64,000 nucleotides of DNA from positions 1,568,001 through 1,632,000 of the forward strand of contig OZ245742.1 in NCBI GenBank assembly GCA_965227295.1. Reading direction: 5' to 3'. The notes under the pieces are model-generated. The model had not been told where the DNA came from and did no database searches. It worked only from the letters and a program-made list of their open reading frames with translations. Origin of the DNA: Leptonemataceae bacterium (lineage in GTDB: Bacteria > Spirochaetota > Leptospiria > Leptospirales > Leptonemataceae). The position numbers and the translations under genes are program-made. Every line of letters starts with the position of its first letter. The stretch's first letter is position 1. This document shows, piece after piece, positions 26,308-37,232 of the stretch.

Positions 26308-27345
26308 TCAGGCCGCCGCTTCTTTGTCGTCGCCGATCCAGAAGTAACGTTCGTAGGGCGGGTCCACCTCCCGCACGCCCACTAACTTCCGCTCAATCAA
26401 ACTCTGCAAAATCGCGTGGATCGTCGCCAGGGCCGTAATGTAATGGCCGCCGGACTTCGCGCGTTCGCCGATGGCCTCGCGGGTCATTACGGCCAGGTCG
26501 TACTCGCCGCTCTGCAGCCGCCGCATAATGCCGCGTTCCAGCAAGGCCAGGGACTTGCGGATGCGACGGATGGCCTGCTTCGGCTTTTCCGGTTCGGCAC
26601 CGTGGGCCGGCAGCAGCCGCTGAATGGGGAGTTCCATGAGCCGATCCAACGACGCGTAGTAATCGCTTAAGTTGCCGTCCAGCTCGGCGTAGATGGCGGA
26701 GATGTTTTCGAGGACCAGGTCGCCGGTAAAGTAGATGCCTTCGCCCAGAATGTACGGGGTGAGGTGCCACATGTTGTGACCGGGCGTATGCAGAAAGCCG
26801 ATCTCCCGATCGCCGATGCGAATGACGTCGCCTTCGACGAGCTCAATGTCCATGCGCATGTCCAGGTCCACGCGATCGCCCTGTTCCACGGACGCCAGAA
26901 AACGTTGCCAGCCCGTGGCGGCGCGGTCGAGTTCGAAGTCGCGGTCCTCGCGATCGTCGTGGGCCTTGTAAATGAGCCGATTCATGGCGCGCTGAAAGCG
27001 TCCAACGAACTTTACGAAGTTACCGACGTAGTCCGCCATGCCGGCCATGCCGTAGAGCTTCGCGTCGGTGTAATGGCGAATCGTCAGTGCCGCGCTGATG
27101 TGATCGATGTGTTCATGCGTATAGAAGATGTGTTTGATCTTATGCAACGACAGTCCGATCTTACGCAGCGCGCGCTGGAGCAGGCCCAGGTTCTGAATGT
27201 AGCCGGAGTCGATGAGCGCCGGTTCGCCGGAGTTGATGATGTAGATGTTGTTGTCCGCGTAGAAGGGCTGCGGGATCGGCACGCAAAAAATATCGGGTCC
27301 GACTTCTTTGATCTCGGGAAGACTTTCGTATTTGTGGACTTGCAT
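26308..27345 (-). CDS. MBL-fold metallo-hydrolase
   Basis: THEHIDH, TPGH, TGD and LPAHG motifs. Confidence 0.92.
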   Translation of the reverse strand: MQVHKYESLPEIKEVGPDIFCVPIPQPFYADNNIYIINSGEPALIDSGYIQNLGLLQRALRKIGLSLHKIKHIFYTHEHIDHISAALTIRHYTDAKLYGMAGMADYVGNFVKFVGRFQRAMNRLIYKAHDDREDRDFELDRAATGWQRFLASVEQGDRVDLDMRMDIELVEGDVIRIGDREIGFLHTPGHNMWHLTPYILGEGIYFTGDLVLENISAIYAELDGNLSDYYASLDRLMELPIQRLLPAHGAEPEKPKQAIRRIRKSLALLERGIMRRLQSGEYDLAVMTREAIGERAKSGGHYITALATIHAILQSLIERKLVGVREVDPPYERYFWIGDDKEAAA

Positions 27346-27357
27346 AGGAGGATTTTG

Positions 27358-27478
27358 ACTCCGAGGACCGAGGGGCCGAGGTGGAAGATGAGATTCTTAA
27401 AAGATCAAGTCAAACTGCGTATGCGAGCAAGCGTGCAAAGTGAATCCCCTCTCCCCAAAAAACCTCGGTACTCGGAGT
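27358..27478. repeat. Intergenic inverted-repeat element (REP/MITE-like), copy 1
   Basis: Ends ACTCCGAGGACCGAGG (27358-27373) and CCTCGGTACTCGGAGT (27463-27478), 15/16 complementary. Confidence 0.8.
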
Positions 27479-27495
27479 TCATATTGCTTTCAAAG

Positions 27496-28734
27496 TTACT
27501 GCAACTCTTTCAACACACCTTCCATGATGTCCAGCCCCGCCGCAGCCAGTTCCAGGCCGACGTTCAGCGGCGGCATAATGCGAATGACGTTGCCCGCCGT
27601 GCAGTTGATGATGAGGCCCTTATCGCGGCAGGCGCGCACGAAGTCCAGGCCCGGTCGGTCCAGCTCCACGCCGATGTGCAGGCCCATGCCGCGGACATCT
27701 TTGACCGCCGGGAATTGAGTCTCCCAGACTTTCAACCGGCGAAAGAAATACTCGGACATGGCCGCTACGTTGTTCAGGAGCTCGCGTCCGATGATGATCT
27801 TCAGCGTTTCGAAGGCCACACGGCACGTAAGATGATTGCCGCCGAACGTGGAGCCGTGTTTACCCGGACCCAGAAACGGTGCGTACTTTTCCGCCGCGAT
27901 CATGGCCCCGATGGGCAGGCCGTTGCCCAGGGCCTTCGCCAGGGTCATGACGTCCGGCTGGATTCCGTAGTGCTCGTAGGCAAACAGTTTGCCCGTGCGA
28001 CCTAAGCCGGTCTGGATTTCGTCGGCGATGAACAGGACCTCGTATTCGTCGCAGAGTTCGCGCAGGCGGTTCACGAAGTCCTGCTCCATGACGTGGATGC
28101 CGCCCTCGCCCTGGACGAACTCGATGAAGACGCCGCAGAGATTGTTGCCGTTGTTTTCGAACTCGCGTTCCAGCAGGTCGACGTCGTTCGCGGGCAAGTA
28201 GGTGATATCGCCTTTCAGAATGGGGCCGAAGCCGCCGTGGACTTTTTCCTGGGGCGTGAGGACCATGGCCGCCGTGGTGCGGCCGTGAAAGGCGTGATCG
28301 AACGTAATGAAACCGCCGGCGCCGTCCTTGTGTTCCTGGCCGAAGCTGCGCGCGAGTTTGAACGCGGCCTCGTTGGCCTCGGTACCGGAGTTGGCAAAGA
28401 AGACCTTGCCGGGAAAGGAGTGGCCGATGAGCGCCTCGGCGAGCAGGGCCTGCTCCGCGCTGAAGAACAGATTCGATGAGTGCAACAGCCGCTCGGCCTG
28501 ATCACGAATGGCTTCGACGACGTCGGCTTCGCCGTGGCCCAGGTTCGTGACGGAGATGCCGCAGAGAAAGTCGATGTACTGTTTGCCGTCGGTATCGTAG
28601 ACATAACCGCCCTGGCCGAAGGAGAGCGCGATCTCCATGGGATGGCTGTAGTTGCCCAGCAGAAACTTCTCGGACTTTTCTTTGATCTCTTCGAGGCTGA
28701 GCGTCTGGAAAAAATCGGCGGTATCGATCGACAT
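27496..28734 (-). CDS. argD: Acetylornithine aminotransferase (class III PLP)
   Basis: YIDFLCGISVTNLGH, FFANSGTEANEAAFK, FHGRT, QGEGG, DEIQTGLGRTG, LAKALGNG and HGSTFGGN. Start moved to MSIDT. Confidence 0.95.
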   Translation of the reverse strand: MSIDTADFFQTLSLEEIKEKSEKFLLGNYSHPMEIALSFGQGGYVYDTDGKQYIDFLCGISVTNLGHGEADVVEAIRDQAERLLHSSNLFFSAEQALLAEALIGHSFPGKVFFANSGTEANEAAFKLARSFGQEHKDGAGGFITFDHAFHGRTTAAMVLTPQEKVHGGFGPILKGDITYLPANDVDLLEREFENNGNNLCGVFIEFVQGEGGIHVMEQDFVNRLRELCDEYEVLFIADEIQTGLGRTGKLFAYEHYGIQPDVMTLAKALGNGLPIGAMIAAEKYAPFLGPGKHGSTFGGNHLTCRVAFETLKIIIGRELLNNVAAMSEYFFRRLKVWETQFPAVKDVRGMGLHIGVELDRPGLDFVRACRDKGLIINCTAGNVIRIMPPLNVGLELAAAGLDIMEGVLKELQ

Positions 28735-28806
28735 GGCGGTGCCCTCTATTATAGATAGAATTTCGCGAGAATGCGAGCGATCAACCAGAATTGCGCCGAA
28801 AAATGA

Positions 28807-30464
28807 TTGGCGTGCCCACGAGTGCCGGCACCGTTCCTCGTGCCGTTTCGTAACTCCGCATTTTCCACCGGCCTCGCGGCCGCCCTCTTGCTCGTGTTGA
28901 TCGGCGGGCCTCTGTTCTACGGTGTTGCGCATCGCGCGTCGTGGCCCGAGACCCCCGGTTCCAACGACGGCTCCATCCTTGAACTCGATGTTCTGCACGC
29001 GACGGAATTCCGACAACGACTCGGCCCGTACTCGCGCTTTCACTGGAATCATCCCGGGCCGCTGTACTTTTATCTGGCGGCGCCGTTGTACGCGTTTTTC
29101 GAAAACGAAAGTTTCGCCGTAAATCTGGCCGCGGCTTTGATCAAGAGCGTTTGCCTCGCCGGCATTGTGATGATGTTGTTGCGTCGCGCGTCGCCCGGCT
29201 TCGCGTTGATGGGAATGATCGGCCTCGCCGCCACACAGTGGCCGGTCTGGAACGTGCCGCTGTACATTGACGACGCGTATCCCTGGAACTCCCTGTACAA
29301 CATCTGGAACCCCGTCATCGTTCTGCTGCCGGTCCTCGCGTTGCAGTTCGCCGGCGCTCTGTTCGCCGCGGGCAGGGTTTACATGATCGTGCCGATGGCA
29401 ATACTCGGCAGCCTCGCTGTGCAATGTCACATTGGGACGGCGCCGGTGGTTGGTGCCACCGGGCTCTCGGCCGTCGTGATGTACGCGCTACAACGTCCGC
29501 GCGCTGCCTTCGGTCCGGAAGAGTGGCGGGCCGGCCTCGGTCTGATTTTCGCGGCGCTGTTGATCTGGGCGCCGCCCCTGCACGAAGAGTTAACTGAAAG
29601 TCCGGGTAACTTAACGAAGCTCGCCGCGTTCGCCCTGCACGGCGCGCCGGAGTTGCCGCGGCCGGACTTTGCTGCGGCCCTGGCCACGGTCGTGGCAAAA
29701 CTCGCGAGCTTTCCGATGCTGCCGTATCTGGCGTGGGCCGGCAAAATGCAAACGCCGGCTATCTGCTGCAACCGGCACCGTTCGCGGCGGCGGTCGTCAT
29801 CGTGCTGATGGAAGTCGCGCTGCTGGCGTACGGCGTGCTTCGAAATCATATCAACAGGCGCGGCTTCGAACGCAACCTGGGTGTGCTGACCGGCGTCGCC
29901 ATCCTGGTCGCCGTACTTTCCGTGAAAAGCGTGCGCGGAGAGCCGTACGATTATTTGTACGATTGGACGATGTATGTCGGATTCTTGCTGACGCTTGGCG
30001 CCGCGGGTGTCCTGACTCTGAATCGCGGCGGGCACGGATCGTTAATGATTGGCGGAATCATATTAGTGGTTGCCGCCGCATCTTACAACGCCGCGCACTT
30101 CGCGCGTAGCGACTACTTCGGCCGTACCAGTGATCGTGCGGCGAGCTACGCGAAACTGCGCAACTATCTCGACGAGCACAACATCGAGCGCCCGGTCATT
30201 TACATGCCGGCGCAGGGCTTCGACCACTGGAACTATTATGCGGAACTCCTGCTGCTCCTTGTGCGCGAAGGCCGGGACGCGCGGGTGGAAGGCCGGGTGG
30301 CGTTCATGTTCGGCCGGGCGCGGATGGTTGATCCTGCGCGACCGCCGGACGGACGTTTGTTGTTTACCGACGCCGCGGGATTTGCGGAATCGAAGCGCGT
30401 GTTTTCGGAGCTGGAGCTGATCGTTCGTGACGGGCCGGTCTGGATCGGGGCGCTGAAGCAGTAA
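28807..30464 (+). pseudogene. Polytopic membrane protein (GT-C-like), split by a frameshift near 29735-29760
   Basis: ORF 28807-29808 (PYSRFHWNHPGPLYFY, IWNP, LAVQCH) turns into a non-protein-like tail while ORF 29733-30464 continues the TM pattern in the -1 frame. Confidence 0.7.
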
Positions 30465-30531
30465 CGCAGAGTTAGGACCGAAAAAACGTGGCAGGATCAT
30501 GCGGTCGTAAGTAATCCGGTCTGGAGTGCCC

Positions 30532-31734
30532 ATGGACCTGACCGCGAAGCCAACCCCCGCGGACGAAGAGTTCGTGCAACGTATCCGGGGGATCTGGAAT
30601 AACTTTAGATTAAAACTCGATCTGCCTTTGATCGACCTCCAGCATATCTGGTTGATTGCGTTGGTCGTTCGCCTTGAACGGACCGAGGCCGCCCTGGATG
30701 CGCGCCCGGATCACGGTCAGGGCGATGCGGGGAGCCGCATCTTTCAACAGGTTCTGCAAGAAGCCCTCGACTACGCCGTTCATCATTTTTCGCTCGAAGA
30801 GAAATTGCTGGAGCGCATGGAGTTTCCGGGGCTGGAACCTCATGCCGCGCGGCACAAGCAGTTCATTCTCGGCCTGAACAAACACGCCGAAGAATTTCGG
30901 AGCGGGAAATCCGGAATGGCGCGCAAGCTGCTCACCACGCTCAAGCAATGGTTGTATCAGCACATCGCGAAGGACGATCAGGATTATTACGATTACTTAC
31001 GAAACCAGGACCGGGACGCCCGGGCGGTCTGCCAGGCGGTCCTGGAAGAAGGGCTGACCGAGATCCGCCCGGAGCAACAGGAGCTCTACTATAAAGTAAT
31101 TCGTCCGGCCGAGTGGGAGGCCGATACGCTCGAACGGCGGGCCATGCTCAAACTCGTGAGTGACGTGTGGTATCATTATAATCTGCACATCGGCCTGCCC
31201 ATCGTGGACATGCAACATCTCTGGCTCATACAACAGGTCGTGCAACTGGACTACGCGATCCATCACGAGTACGAGGAGCGCCGGGAACGCTTTAACGCGG
31301 CCCTGAGCGATGCGATCTCTTACATCCAGGAACACTTCTCCACCGAAGAGAAAATCATGGAGCACTTCGAGTACAAACATTTCGAAGAGCATCGCCAGCA
31401 ACATCGTCGCTTCGTACAGTTCGTGCAAAAACGCAACGAGCAGTACAAGGCCGGCGATGAGAAAGCCATCTTCGGTTTACTCCACGATCTCAAGGAGTGG
31501 CTGATCAGCCACATCGCCGTGGAAGACAAGAAGTTGTTCTTCTATTTTCAGAATCGCCGGCCGGAGGTTCTGGGCTTCTGCAAACAGGCAGTGGAGGAGG
31601 GGGACTTCATCATCCGCCGGGGATTCCTGAAACTCTACAAGGCCATCGTGCAGGAGGGGCCCGTCACCGACCCGGACGAAGACGATGGATCGAAAGACAG
31701 CGAGGTCGTCCAGGACAGCGGAGTGATGGAGTAG
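30532..31734 (+). CDS. Tandem bacteriohemerythrin
   Basis: Two full ligand sets: QH / HFSLEE / HAARH / HIAKDD and QH / HFSTEE / HRQQH / HIAVED. Confidence 0.92.
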   Translation: MDLTAKPTPADEEFVQRIRGIWNNFRLKLDLPLIDLQHIWLIALVVRLERTEAALDARPDHGQGDAGSRIFQQVLQEALDYAVHHFSLEEKLLERMEFPGLEPHAARHKQFILGLNKHAEEFRSGKSGMARKLLTTLKQWLYQHIAKDDQDYYDYLRNQDRDARAVCQAVLEEGLTEIRPEQQELYYKVIRPAEWEADTLERRAMLKLVSDVWYHYNLHIGLPIVDMQHLWLIQQVVQLDYAIHHEYEERRERFNAALSDAISYIQEHFSTEEKIMEHFEYKHFEEHRQQHRRFVQFVQKRNEQYKAGDEKAIFGLLHDLKEWLISHIAVEDKKLFFYFQNRRPEVLGFCKQAVEEGDFIIRRGFLKLYKAIVQEGPVTDPDEDDGSKDSEVVQDSGVME

Positions 31735-31758
31735 CCCGCAGGAACCGCGGCAGGGTGC

Positions 31759-32100
31759 CTAATTTCCCAGGCAATCCACATCCACGTTGCACGCCTTTCC
31801 GGAATTGGAGCACACCTTTTTGCCGAACGTACCGACCCTGCACTCACCTTTGATCGGCGGGTTGATGCCGCCGGTGCACACGCCGTCCACACATTTCTTG
31901 CCGGTGCCGCACTGGATGTCCATCATGCAACCGGAGCTGCCGCCCGAATTCCCGCCGCCGTTTTCGGGGCCGACCTGTTCCGGTCCCACGTCCGGGCCGA
32001 TCTTGCCGGGGCCGATTTGCCCCGGACCGACCTGACCCTGCAGCAGGGTGGGAACGGCCAGCAGAAGGAACATGATCATGACAGCTCTCGGTCGATGCAT
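31759..32100 (-). CDS. Small secreted Gly-Pro-repeat, Cys-rich protein
   Basis: Signal peptide, five [VI]GP repeats, a Gly/Ser linker and 8 Cys. Confidence 0.75.
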   Translation of the reverse strand: MHRPRAVMIMFLLLAVPTLLQGQVGPGQIGPGKIGPDVGPEQVGPENGGGNSGGSSGCMMDIQCGTGKKCVDGVCTGGINPPIKGECRVGTFGKKVCSNSGKACNVDVDCLGN

Positions 32101-32130
32101 TAACAAACGTCCTGTAAGATATTTATAACA

Positions 32131-32916
32131 TCAACTTAAAATTTCCACAAGCTCGGCGACCGACTCCAGCACGCCGTCCGGCTGCACTTTCGAGCGCGCC
32201 ACGAGTTCCGGACGATACTTGCCGGTCTTTACGAGCACGCCGCGGAAGCCGGCGTTCTGCGCGCCGCCGACGTCCGAGTCGATGTCGTCGCCGATCATCA
32301 CCATGCGTTCCGCCGGCACGCCCAGGTCTTCGCGAGCGGCGTCGAAGAAAGAATGCGAAGGTTTGCCGATGACCACGGCGTCTTTGCCCGTGGCGTACTC
32401 GAGGCCGGCGACGAAGGCGCCGATGTCCAGGTGCAATCCCTCCGTGGTCTGGCTGTACTTGCTCTTATGCAGGGCCACCAGCTGCGCGCCCAGGGTGATC
32501 ATCTCGAACAGCTTGTTCATGATCTGGTAGTTCCAGCGATCGCCGATGTCGCCGATGATCACGGCGTCCGGATTCGTATGCGCCACCGGAAAGGCCGAGA
32601 AGTCTTTTTTTGTGTCGTCCGCCACGATCAAATGCACCGTGGGATTCTTGAAATGATGCTCCAGGTAGACGCAGGCGGCCTGGGCCGGACTGAAAATCTC
32701 TTCTTTCTCAATGGGCAAGCCGAGATTCGTAAGCTTCTTGTGAAGCGCATCTAACGAAGACGTGGTCGTATTCGTGGTGAAACGACAGGGCAGGCCCCGG
32801 GAACGCACGCATTCGATCGCTTTCCGGCCGCCGTCGATGGCGGAGTCGCCGACGTAGAGGACGCCGTTCAAATCAAAGAGCACCGCATCGACGTTCTCAA
32901 AGAGATCACGCACCAT
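32131..32916 (-). CDS. HAD-IIA hydrolase (LHPP/HDHD2-like, TIGR01458-type)
   Basis: FDLNGVL, TNTT, IGKPS, MIGDDIDSDVGGAQ and LVKTGKYR. Confidence 0.9.
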   Translation of the reverse strand: MVRDLFENVDAVLFDLNGVLYVGDSAIDGGRKAIECVRSRGLPCRFTTNTTTSSLDALHKKLTNLGLPIEKEEIFSPAQAACVYLEHHFKNPTVHLIVADDTKKDFSAFPVAHTNPDAVIIGDIGDRWNYQIMNKLFEMITLGAQLVALHKSKYSQTTEGLHLDIGAFVAGLEYATGKDAVVIGKPSHSFFDAAREDLGVPAERMVMIGDDIDSDVGGAQNAGFRGVLVKTGKYRPELVARSKVQPDGVLESVAELVEILS

Positions 32917-33054
32917 GCATCGAAGAAACGACGGCAGCCACCAGAGCGCAAACGATTTTAGCCCGTGTCTCGAATAACTACTGGACATAATCCGACGAAA
33001 GTTGGTCCTGGCTATATAGCGCGTGTTGCGTGCGTCGCTCTGTGTTACGGAACT

Positions 33055-33387
33055 ATGAAACTGAACAACTACACGGAAAACGTATACGTGGCGCAGTCCA
33101 CGATTCACGGTCGCGGACTGTTCGCCAGAAAACTCATTGAACCCGGCGAGTACATTGGAACCTACGAAGGGCCGTTCGCGAAGCGCAATGGAACGCACGT
33201 CCTGTGGATTGAGGACGAGGACGGCCGGGAAGTCGGCATTTCCGGTCGCAACTCACTGCGTTTTGCAAATCACGCGAAGACTCCCAACGCCGAGTTCGAA
33301 GGTTTCGATCTCTACGCTCAAGAGAGCATCCAGCCGAACACCGAAATCACCGTGGACTACGGCGACGACTGGGAAGACGTGGGCTGA
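33055..33387 (+). CDS. Minimal SET-domain protein (lysine methyltransferase-like)
   Basis: STIHGRGLFA, RFANH...PN and EITVDYG. Confidence 0.9.
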   Translation: MKLNNYTENVYVAQSTIHGRGLFARKLIEPGEYIGTYEGPFAKRNGTHVLWIEDEDGREVGISGRNSLRFANHAKTPNAEFEGFDLYAQESIQPNTEITVDYGDDWEDVG

Positions 33388-35643
<2,256 letters not shown>

Positions 35644-35685
35644 TCAAGCTGCAAAGCCGCGCTGTAAGCCCTGTCACTCGCGGAC

Positions 35686-35928
35686 TCAGCCGTTCTGTAC
35701 GATCGCCCGAACGTTTATGCTGAGATTTCCCACCGGAGCGGCCGTATCTTCGCCCAGGCCGCGGACTTCCCGGCGCCCGGAGCCTGTCGCGCCCGGTGCG
35801 CCGAAGAGCTCTAACTGCATTTCGTTGATCATTACGATCCAGTAGTGCTTCCCGCCGGCCGCGGCGTAGATGCCGGCCTTCTCGCGATCATACTCCACCC
35901 CGCCGGCGGCGACCCATTGCTTCCGCAA
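35686..35928 (-). pseudogene. C-terminal remnant of a Uma2-family endonuclease
   Basis: DREKAGIYAAAGGKHYWIV matches DRAKTGIYAEAGVPEYWIV of the intact Uma2 gene at 45643-46233. The N-terminal part is absent. Confidence 0.65.
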
Positions 35929-35945
35929 AAATTCGGGGCCGTCCG

Positions 35946-36302
35946 TTACCGTGCCAGGGCGTCTTCGAGGGTATCGCAGAAGGTTATCTCGTTCTTCTGC
36001 AAGACGGCGGAAAGCACGCGCAGCACCGAAGGTTGCAGGCCGACGACGCAGAACTTGCCCGCGCGTTTCGCGAGTTCGTGTTGGGCTTTGAAGATGAGGG
36101 CGATGGCGGAGCTGTCGATGAAGGCGGTCTCGCTCAGATCGAGAATGAGCTTCTCGGTTCCCGGATCTTCGACGGCCTTGAGCAAACCCTCACGGACGTC
36201 CGGCAGGGAAAACATGGTCACTTCCGACTCGTGCAGGCGGACGATGACCGTGCTGCCCCGGGTTTCGGAGGAAAGGATGTCGCGGTCTTCTTCTTCGGTC
36301 AT
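35946..36302 (-). CDS. STAS-domain anti-sigma-factor antagonist
   Basis: LILDLSETAFIDSSAI motif. Confidence 0.88.
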   Translation of the reverse strand: MTEEEDRDILSSETRGSTVIVRLHESEVTMFSLPDVREGLLKAVEDPGTEKLILDLSETAFIDSSAIALIFKAQHELAKRAGKFCVVGLQPSVLRVLSAVLQKNEITFCDTLEDALAR

Positions 36303-36396
36303 AAGAGGTTCGCGTGCGAACGCAGTCTGCGTTTTGCGCGGTAGTGCGCAAGTAAGAAAAGAATTGAAAATTACCCGCAGGGCGTTTCTCTTTCCC

Positions 36397-37020
36397 GTGC
36401 TCAATCGGCTGCACTGTGAAATTCTGGGCATCCCCGACGACGCCGGCGAGGACGAGGTCCGCCGCGCCTACCGTCGCCTGGCCCGGGACAATCATCCGGA
36501 TCGTTATCCCGCCGACCGTCGCCCGCGCCAGGAAGCCATCATGATGCGCATCAACGACGCGTATCGCCAGGTGCGACTGCACTTACGATCGGAAACAGTG
36601 ACCGGCCGGTCGTCGCCGCCGGCTCCGGAAACGCGCGGTTGGTACCACGATCTGCACGGCGACGACGTGCCGGTGAGCGACGCAAGCGGCGTCGGCCATC
36701 ACAAGGATCCGGCGTACGCGTACTACAAGCAGGGCTTCTTAAACTACAGCGCCGGCGTCGGCGGCATGCAGGCCGGTCGCGTTTCGAAGCTTCTCCCGAA
36801 TGCCGAGGGCCTCGCCCGGGCCACCACGGCGCTGCGTAAGTTCCAGGCGGCGTACTCTTATTTCATTCGTGTCGTCGAGGATTATCCGGACAGCATCTGG
36901 GCCCCGGATGCCGGCTACCGTCTGCGGCGCATCGAGCGGTTTAACATCATCTATCGACGCATTTACAAGAACCTGCAAGAACGTGTCGTCGAATCAGAGC
37001 CGCCCCGAACAGAAAGTTAG
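36397..37020 (+). CDS. J-domain (DnaJ-like) protein with helical C-terminal domain
   Basis: EILGI...VRRAYRRLARDNHPDR...INDAY; GTG start. Confidence 0.85.
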   Translation: MLNRLHCEILGIPDDAGEDEVRRAYRRLARDNHPDRYPADRRPRQEAIMMRINDAYRQVRLHLRSETVTGRSSPPAPETRGWYHDLHGDDVPVSDASGVGHHKDPAYAYYKQGFLNYSAGVGGMQAGRVSKLLPNAEGLARATTALRKFQAAYSYFIRVVEDYPDSIWAPDAGYRLRRIERFNIIYRRIYKNLQERVVESEPPRTES

Positions 37021-37232
37021 AATGTAAGTTAAGACTTTTTTGGGCGCGTCGCCTTCGGCGACCGCGCTTTCCGGGGCTCCGCCTTCGGCTGCGGTCTCGG
37101 CCTCCGGCCGAGACTGGCCTTCGGCCACCCCTCCAATCGCTCGCGCGAAGAGTTGTGGATTTCAAGCGCGAGGGGCACGCCCAAAAAAATCCGACCCGAT
37201 CCATTACACTCTGATTCGGGGCGTGCCCGTAC

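Noticed and set aside
26764-28005. Long alternative-frame ORFs (also 2632-3468, 7012-7701, 21988-22947, 38079-39293, 58317-59237 and the 5' part of 60232-61638)
   Set aside because: They are antisense or out-of-frame shadows of well-supported genes, as expected in high-GC DNA.
28735-29430. N-terminal 232-aa extension of the ArgD ORF
   Set aside because: It is the antisense shadow of the plus-strand membrane gene; aminotransferase similarity begins near 28734.
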